DNA of 64,000 bases, taken from the NCBI GenBank assembly GCA_013203315.1, contig JABMQJ010000012.1, positions 6,402 through 70,401 of the forward strand. Direction: 5' to 3'. The notes under the pieces were generated by a model. The model searched no databases. It was not told the origin of the DNA and was given only the letters and a program-made list of their open reading frames with translations. This DNA comes from Candidatus Omnitrophota bacterium. GTDB taxonomy: Bacteria > Omnitrophota > Gorgyraeia > JABMRN01 > RBG-13-46-9. This document shows positions 59,186-64,000 of this stretch, piece by piece. The position numbers and the translations under genes are program-made. Each line of letters begins with the position of its first letter. Within the stretch, counting starts at the first letter, position 1.

Positions 59186-59998
59186 GTGGAAAAAATAAAA
59201 GCAGGTATTATCGGTTGTGGTGTGATAGGAAGTGAGATCGCCTCCGCGTGCGTAACGGTACTTTCGAAAAAAATCGAACTCGTAGCCCTTTACGATATAG
59301 ATAAACAAAAAAGCGCCGGCCTTTCGAAGTTAATAAAAAAAGATGTCGCAGTTGATGCCCCGGATGAGCTTTACGATAAGTCAGACTTCGTGATAGAAGC
59401 CGCAACCGGCGGCGTTGCGCGAGAGACAGTAAAAAAGGTTATTGAGAAGAGGAAAAGTGTTTTGGTAATGAGCGTGGGAGGGTTAATCGAATCGCAAGAC
59501 CTAATCGAAGAAGCAAAGAAGAAAAACATCAAATTATTCTTCCCGAGCGGCGCCATATGCGGGATAGACGGCCTAAAAAGTGCCGGCGTATCTAAAATAG
59601 AAAGCGTTACATTGACTACGAAGAAGCCGCCCCGTGGCCTTGCCGGCGCGCCATACCTCAAAGAAAAAAATATAGACGTAAATTCGATAAAAAGCGAAAC
59701 AGTTGTATTCAGCGGTAGCGCGTTAGAGGCGGTCGCAGGTTTCCCTAAAAACGTAAACGTGTCTTCGATTCTCTCGCTTACAGGGATCGGAGCAAAGAAA
59801 ACAAAAGTAAAAATTGTAACCTCTCCGGAATTCAAGAAAAATGCGCATGAAATAGAAATAATCGGCGATTTCGGTAGAATGACTACGAGAACCGAAAATG
59901 TCCCGTCAGAGAAAAACCCCAAAACAAGCAAATTAGCTGCTCTTTCGGCCATAGCTACACTGACCGCAGCGGTCGAAAGCGTGAGGTTCGGGACATAA
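59186..59998 (+). CDS. nadX: L-aspartate dehydrogenase (NadX-type), likely replacing NadB for iminoaspartate supply to NadA
   Basis: GTG start. KAGIIGCGVIGSEIA Rossmann. 270 aa, typical of Thermotoga-type aspartate dehydrogenase. Immediately downstream of nadA. Confidence 0.7.
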   Translation: MEKIKAGIIGCGVIGSEIASACVTVLSKKIELVALYDIDKQKSAGLSKLIKKDVAVDAPDELYDKSDFVIEAATGGVARETVKKVIEKRKSVLVMSVGGLIESQDLIEEAKKKNIKLFFPSGAICGIDGLKSAGVSKIESVTLTTKKPPRGLAGAPYLKEKNIDVNSIKSETVVFSGSALEAVAGFPKNVNVSSILSLTGIGAKKTKVKIVTSPEFKKNAHEIEIIGDFGRMTTRTENVPSEKNPKTSKLAALSAIATLTAAVESVRFGT

Positions 59999-60029
59999 AC
60001 TATAGATTAGATGAGAGGAGGTGAAACAA

Positions 60030-60257
60030 ATGGCAAAGACAGTATGTAAATGCGGCATAAAGAGAAAGAAAGGCTATCTCTATTTTGTCGGCAAGAATGG
60101 TTGTGCATATGAAACAAAAATGGCACGCGGCACGAAAAAAGGCGGCGGAAGAAAGGTAGTGCACAATTGCCGTATCAAGAAAGAGAAAGGCTATCTTTAT
60201 TTTATCGACAAGAAGGGTAACGTCGGTGCAGCAAAAATGCAGCGCGGCGGCAAATAA
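60030..60257 (+). CDS. Small basic protein (75 aa) built from two ~30-aa tandem repeats C-x-C/H-x-C ... KKGYLYF[VI][GD]K ... KM.RG. Unknown function.
   Basis: Perfect AGGAGG SD before ATG 60030. Repeat visible at the nucleotide level (agaaaggctatctntatttt...caagaa twice). pI very high (K/R-rich). Confidence 0.55.
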   Translation: MAKTVCKCGIKRKKGYLYFVGKNGCAYETKMARGTKKGGGRKVVHNCRIKKEKGYLYFIDKKGNVGAAKMQRGGK

Positions 60258-60269
60258 ACAAATAATACC

Positions 60270-60333
60270 GTAGAGAGTGGCAAGCGACAAAAGAGGAAGG
60301 GCTCTTCCTTGTTTGTTTAATGCTGCTCTCTAC
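60270..60333 (+). terminator. Nested hairpin (outer 8-bp stem gtagagag/ctctctac, inner 12-13-bp stem) after the small basic protein gene. Terminator-like or structured RNA.
   Basis: Stems seen directly. The U-tract is weak (tgtttgttt). Confidence 0.35.
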
Positions 60334-60401
60334 TTCTTGCAGAATGAAAATCGAATACACGTACTTCCTTAAAATCCTCATTTTAAAATCCTTACCAAAA
60401 T

Positions 60402-61082
60402 ATGGGTAAAGCGCGAACCTTAATGAGTATGTACAAGAAACTGTACGCCCACTTCGGGCCGCGGCACTGGTGGCCGGCGAAGAGCGCGTTCGAAGTCATG
60501 GTCGGAGCCATACTCACACAAAATACGGCCTGGTCAAATGTTGAAAAAGCGATAGCGAACTTGAGAAGGGAAGGCCTTCTTTCCCAGAAAAAAATAAGTC
60601 AAATAAAAACCAGAAAGCTCGCAGCCCTTATAAGGCCATCCGGATTTTATAACGAAAAGGCAAAGAAACTTAAAGAGCTTGTAAGATTCCTGGCAGGCTT
60701 TTGCGGAAGTAATTTAAGGAAACTGCGCCAGCATGACACTGCTTACCTCAGAAAAGAATTTTTACGCGTACACGGGATAGGCCCCGAAACAGCCGACAGC
60801 ATACTTCTCTATGCGCTCGGAAAGGCGAGCTTTGTGGTTGATGCGTATACAAAAAGGATTTGTATGCGGCATAAACTGATACCCGAACATGCGACGTATC
60901 ACCAGATTCAAGAGTTCTTTACGGACAATCTTCTTAAAGATGCGAAAATATTCAATGAGTACCATGCCCTTATAGTGGAGACAGGCAAAAATTACTGTAA
61001 AAAAAATAAGCCACTTTGCAAAATTTGCCCCTTGAGACTGGTCAAATGCGGCAAAAATATGGTATACTTAAATAAAAAATAG
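60402..61082 (+). CDS. HhH-GPD superfamily DNA glycosylase (endonuclease III-like) with a C-terminal Cys cluster
   Basis: 226 aa. HhH GIGPETADSILLYALG, catalytic-Asp region VVDAYTKRI, C-terminal C-x6-C-x2-C-x5-C. No Lys at the Nth K120 position, so possibly monofunctional. Confidence 0.8.
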   Translation: MGKARTLMSMYKKLYAHFGPRHWWPAKSAFEVMVGAILTQNTAWSNVEKAIANLRREGLLSQKKISQIKTRKLAALIRPSGFYNEKAKKLKELVRFLAGFCGSNLRKLRQHDTAYLRKEFLRVHGIGPETADSILLYALGKASFVVDAYTKRICMRHKLIPEHATYHQIQEFFTDNLLKDAKIFNEYHALIVETGKNYCKKNKPLCKICPLRLVKCGKNMVYLNKK

Positions 61083-61092
61083 GGGGTGCGTT

Positions 61093-61386
61093 ATGATATT
61101 TGGTTTATTTAAGAAAAAAAGAACCACTGAGGAATTGGGAGCTCCCATCGGCGAAATAACTCATTATTTCCAGCATGTAAAAGCAGCAGTTATAAAATTG
61201 AAAAAAAACACCATGTCCGAAGGGGATACCATTTGCATTAAAGGGCACACAACGGATTTTGAGCAAAAAGTAAAGAGTATGCAGGTTAATCATAAAACGA
61301 TACATAAGGCATCTTCGGGGCAGGAGATCGGAATGAAGGTTAAGTCTAAAGTGCGGCACGGTGATAAAGTTTATAAAATTTCTTGA
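61093..61386 (+). CDS. Small standalone beta-barrel protein resembling EF-Tu/IF2 domain II (translation-protein beta-barrel)
   Basis: 97 aa. GDTICIKG...VKSMQVNHKTIHKASSGQEIGMKV...VRHGDKVY pattern. Confidence 0.45.
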   Translation: MIFGLFKKKRTTEELGAPIGEITHYFQHVKAAVIKLKKNTMSEGDTICIKGHTTDFEQKVKSMQVNHKTIHKASSGQEIGMKVKSKVRHGDKVYKIS

Positions 61387-61411
61387 TATAACGATAAGTG
61401 TAGTGTATAAT
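61383..61411 (+). promoter_or_regulatory. Sigma70-type promoter TTGATA-17-TATAAT whose predicted start site coincides with the ATG at 61420 (leaderless)
   Basis: ttgata at 61383-61388, 17-nt spacer, tataat at 61406-61411. ATG begins 8 nt after the -10 hexamer. Confidence 0.5.
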
Positions 61412-61419
61412 TTGCCAAT

Positions 61420-61683
61420 ATGAAAAATAGATTGTATAAAAAAATGCTCTTGGGTCTGGGTTTTGACTGCAGAGACGGTCACGTGCGGATAACAAAGGGC
61501 AAGAATTTCCGCCTCTACGGAGGTTCAAAAGAAACACACGGCCTCATGCAGGAAAAAGCCGTTAAATTTAATGAGCATCTCCACAAAAAGCAAAAGACAT
61601 TGGAGGGCTTAAGTAGAAGAGAATTTCATGATATCGCGAAAAAAATAGGCCTTCAGATACCAAAAGACAATGAAGGCGCGTAG
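61420..61683 (+). CDS. Hypothetical basic protein (87 aa)
   Basis: ORF only. No recognisable motif. No SD, consistent with leaderless initiation. Confidence 0.45.
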   Translation: MKNRLYKKMLLGLGFDCRDGHVRITKGKNFRLYGGSKETHGLMQEKAVKFNEHLHKKQKTLEGLSRREFHDIAKKIGLQIPKDNEGA

Positions 61684-61786
61684 ATAGCCCCGTCATTACT
61701 TATCCGCCCGAGCCCCTAAAAGGCTTGCCACATACAATTTTTAATGATATCATATTGTTTCATAAAAAAGGAAAGGGGGAGCGATA

Positions 61787-61969
61787 ATGGCTAAGATTAC
61801 CATCGATGTAACCACTTGTACCGGTTGCGGGCTTTGCTCATCGCTATGTCCGGAAGTGTTCGAAATAGATGATAAGAACATTGCAAAAGTAAAAGGCGAT
61901 TCATGCCAGGGCCAGGACATAAATGACGTGGCTTCACAATGCCCTGTTGAGGCAATAAAAGTAGAATAA
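61787..61969 (+). CDS. Small single-cluster ferredoxin (Fe-S, Pyrococcus/Thermotoga-like)
   Basis: 60 aa. CTGCGLCSSLCP ... QCP cluster-binding pattern. Strong SD AGGAAAGGGGGAG. Confidence 0.8.
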   Translation: MAKITIDVTTCTGCGLCSSLCPEVFEIDDKNIAKVKGDSCQGQDINDVASQCPVEAIKVE

Positions 61970-61972
61970 AAG

Positions 61973-62749
61973 TTGAAAACCGATAGATTCAAGAAGGTTG
62001 CGGCCGCCGCCGCGGTTTCCGCGGGCAATTATATCGCCAAGAATGTCGGCAAAATAAAAAGCATTCGCTACAAGGGCGAGACAAATATTGTCACTGACAT
62101 AGACAAAAGGGCCGAAGACATAATTATAGGCGCGATAAAAAAATCCTACCCGCGCCATAACTTTCTTGCCGAAGAAAAAACCTACCTAAAACGCGAATCA
62201 GATTTTACGTGGATTATTGATCCTATTGACGGCACGACGAATTTTTTGCACGGGTTTCCTTTTTTTTGCGTTTCCGTGGCGCTTGCGTATCGCGAAAAGG
62301 TTATCGTGGGCGTCGTGTACGATCCGTCAAAAAATGAACTTTTTCACGCAGAACATAAAAAAGGCGCGTTTTTAAACAGAAAAAGAATCCGTGTCTCCGG
62401 AGTAAGAGAAGTTAAGAAAGCGCTCCTATCAACGGGATTTGCCTATAACGTGAAAAAGGCAAAGCGCAATAATGTTAACAATTTTGCAAAATTCCTTAAA
62501 ACCTCACAGGCAATAAGAAGGCCCGGTTCCGCTGCGCTCGACATTTGCTATGTTGCATGCGGGCGTTTTGACGGATTCTGGGAGCTGCGCCTTAGCCCAT
62601 GGGATACGGCGGCAGGTTTTCGAATAGTAGAAGAAGCGGGCGGAAGGGTTACCAAGTTTGACGGGACAAAATATACTATATACGATCAGGAAATTCTTGT
62701 CTCAAACTCAAGGATTCATGCCCGCATGGTAAAAACCCTGCTGACATAA
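61973..62749 (+). CDS. Inositol monophosphatase family protein (SuhB/IMPase-like)
   Basis: 258 aa. FLAEE, WIIDPIDGT and WDTAAG motifs. Confidence 0.8.
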   Translation: MKTDRFKKVAAAAAVSAGNYIAKNVGKIKSIRYKGETNIVTDIDKRAEDIIIGAIKKSYPRHNFLAEEKTYLKRESDFTWIIDPIDGTTNFLHGFPFFCVSVALAYREKVIVGVVYDPSKNELFHAEHKKGAFLNRKRIRVSGVREVKKALLSTGFAYNVKKAKRNNVNNFAKFLKTSQAIRRPGSAALDICYVACGRFDGFWELRLSPWDTAAGFRIVEEAGGRVTKFDGTKYTIYDQEILVSNSRIHARMVKTLLT

Positions 62750-62818
62750 AAGAGATATTTTTATTGTAATCTATCCGGTTCGTGCTAAAATATATGCAAG
62801 GTAAAAGGAGGTGGCTTT

Positions 62819-63190
62819 ATGGGAAAACTATTTTTATATCTAATAAGCATATTCTGGATAATCATCGGTGCGCTTTCCGTGTTCGCTACTGACTTGGTGA
62901 GAAAGAAATTTTTTAATAGGCTTTTAAAAAAGAAAGATATGAAAAAATTAGCTCCTATTCCTATCGCTATAGGAATACTGCTGTTTCTATCAGCTTCGGC
63001 CAATAATCATGCAATAATCGTTATCCTGATTGGGATTCTGGCTATCGCAAAAGGGGTAATGATCATCGTGGCAGAAGACAAAATGCAAAAAATAACCGAC
63101 TGGTGGCTAAAATCCAAGGATAACGCCTACAAAATATGGGGTGTTGTCATAATTCTCTTAGGCTCGGTAGTGTTGATGGGGATTAAATAG
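62819..63190 (+). CDS. Hypothetical 4-TM membrane protein
   Basis: 123 aa. SD AAAAGGAGG. Four hydrophobic helices. No motif recognised. Confidence 0.5.
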   Translation: MGKLFLYLISIFWIIIGALSVFATDLVRKKFFNRLLKKKDMKKLAPIPIAIGILLFLSASANNHAIIVILIGILAIAKGVMIIVAEDKMQKITDWWLKSKDNAYKIWGVVIILLGSVVLMGIK

Positions 63191-63215
63191 TAGCCTCTCT
63201 TTTAAATATTTTTAA

Positions 63216-63243
63216 CGGGGACAGTCCGCAAGGCCTGTCCCCG
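63216..63243 (+). terminator. Stable hairpin with GCAA (GNRA) tetraloop, 9-12-bp GC-rich stem, downstream of the membrane protein gene. No clear U-tract.
   Basis: cggggacagtcc-gcaa-ggcctgtccccg. Confidence 0.35.
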
Positions 63244-63261
63244 TATCTATAAACACCTCAC

Positions 63262-64000
63262 ATGCTTATAAAAAAAGATCCCACAATTATTCAATCCTAT
63301 CTCGAAGACTCCTCTAATCTAAAAGGCGGCCATACTGAAAGGGTGGTCATACCGCAAACCATCGATGAAGTATCTTCCGTTTTAAAAGAGGCAGATACTA
63401 AGAGGGTTCCCGTTACTGTATCGGGCGCCGGAACGGGTCAGGCAGGGGGAAGGGTTCCTTTTGGGGGGATAGTTTTATCTACGGAGAAACTGAGCGCAAT
63501 AAAGGAAATAAGGAAATTTGATAAAGGCGGATACGTAGTTCTGGAAGCAGGCGTTTTGATCAAGGACTTAAAAGAGGCATGTGAACAAAAAGAGCTTTTT
63601 TATACATACGACCCGACAGAACAAACAGCTTTTGTCGGAGGCGCCATCGCTACTAACGCCTCCGGGGCGCGTTCGTTTCGATATGGGCCGACAAGGCAAT
63701 ATGTAAAAGGCATAAGGGTGGCTTTAGCCGACGGTTCGATTCTTTTATTAAAAAGGGGAGAAGTTAAGGCAAAGGGGCGCATCTTAGGGTTCGAAGCGTC
63801 CGGAAAGCGTTACAAAATCAACCTTCCCGCATACAAAATGCCGGATACAAAAAACTCTGCCGGATATTACGCAAAAGATGACATGGATCTTGTGGACCTT
63901 TTTGTGGGCCAGGAGGGCACGCTTGGGGTTATCGTAGAAGCGGAGCTAGGGCTTATTGATAGGCCAAAAGAAATATTTAGCGCATTTGCATTTTTTAAAG
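63262..64000 (+). CDS. FAD-linked oxidase (GlcD / D-lactate dehydrogenase-like FAD-binding PCMH domain). 3' end outside window.
   Basis: VIPQTIDEVSSVLKEA...VTVSGAGTGQAGG FAD-binding motif. ORF continues to the window edge. Confidence 0.75.
   Translation, partial: MLIKKDPTIIQSYLEDSSNLKGGHTERVVIPQTIDEVSSVLKEADTKRVPVTVSGAGTGQAGGRVPFGGIVLSTEKLSAIKEIRKFDKGGYVVLEAGVLIKDLKEACEQKELFYTYDPTEQTAFVGGAIATNASGARSFRYGPTRQYVKGIRVALADGSILLLKRGEVKAKGRILGFEASGKRYKINLPAYKMPDTKNSAGYYAKDDMDLVDLFVGQEGTLGVIVEAELGLIDRPKEIFSAFAFFK

Noticed and set aside
60000-60290. 96-aa - strand ORF opposite the small basic repeat protein
   Set aside because: The + strand ORF has a perfect AGGAGG SD, an internal protein-level repeat with conserved Cys/His spacing, and fits the uniform + strand gene orientation. 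The - strand ORF has none of these.

Overview
This 64-kb window is densely packed. All ~70 predicted genes lie on the + strand, many with 1-40 nt overlaps, and GC is roughly mid-40s%. The gene set suggests a compact genome of an uncultivated or deep-branching bacterium, but taxonomy cannot be fixed from sequence alone. The set includes a type-2 LeuC, TreT-like GT4, NadX, DapL, a small ferredoxin and leaderless transcripts. In order, the window contains: tandem GalT-family (HIT-like) genes; gap-[HK-RR-glgA]-pgk-tpiA-secG; an Opp-like peptide ABC importer (oppA-oppB-oppC-fused oppDF); a trehalose cluster (otsA-otsB-unknown duplicated-domain protein-TreT-like GT4); leuC-leuD-leuB-asd-truA; a ~21-kb signalling/type IV pilus supercluster (22.0-43.1 kb); rplM-rpsI; and a 16-kb co-directional biosynthetic block argCJBDFGH-lysA-dapF-dapA-dapB-dapL-folK-panC-nadA-nadX. 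These are followed by small unusual proteins, an HhH-GPD glycosylase, a ferredoxin, an IMPase and a 3'-partial FAD-linked oxidase. The supercluster, in gene order, holds a membrane HK, a novel G-x-W repeat protein, a secreted retropepsin-like protease, CheR-TPR, a truncated receiver fragment, a 1082-aa Cache/HAMP/multi-PAS HK ending in a degenerate GGDEF with a preserved RxxD I-site, four tandem CheY-like receivers, PilB, PilC, four pilins (one PilX-like with a C-terminal discoidin/CBM32 domain), a PilM-PilN fusion, PilO, PilP, a GAF-HK, a REC-GGDEF cyclase and an SNF transporter. No rRNA, tRNA, CRISPR or transposase/integrase genes were recognised. Eight near-consensus sigma70 promoters (TTGACA-17-TATACT type) and several intrinsic terminators are visible. 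Two promoters sit so close to their ATG that leaderless mRNAs are implied. The most likely 'new system' is the CheR/multi-CheY/degenerate-GGDEF-HK module wired to a secretin-less type IV pilus that carries a lectin-tipped minor pilin.
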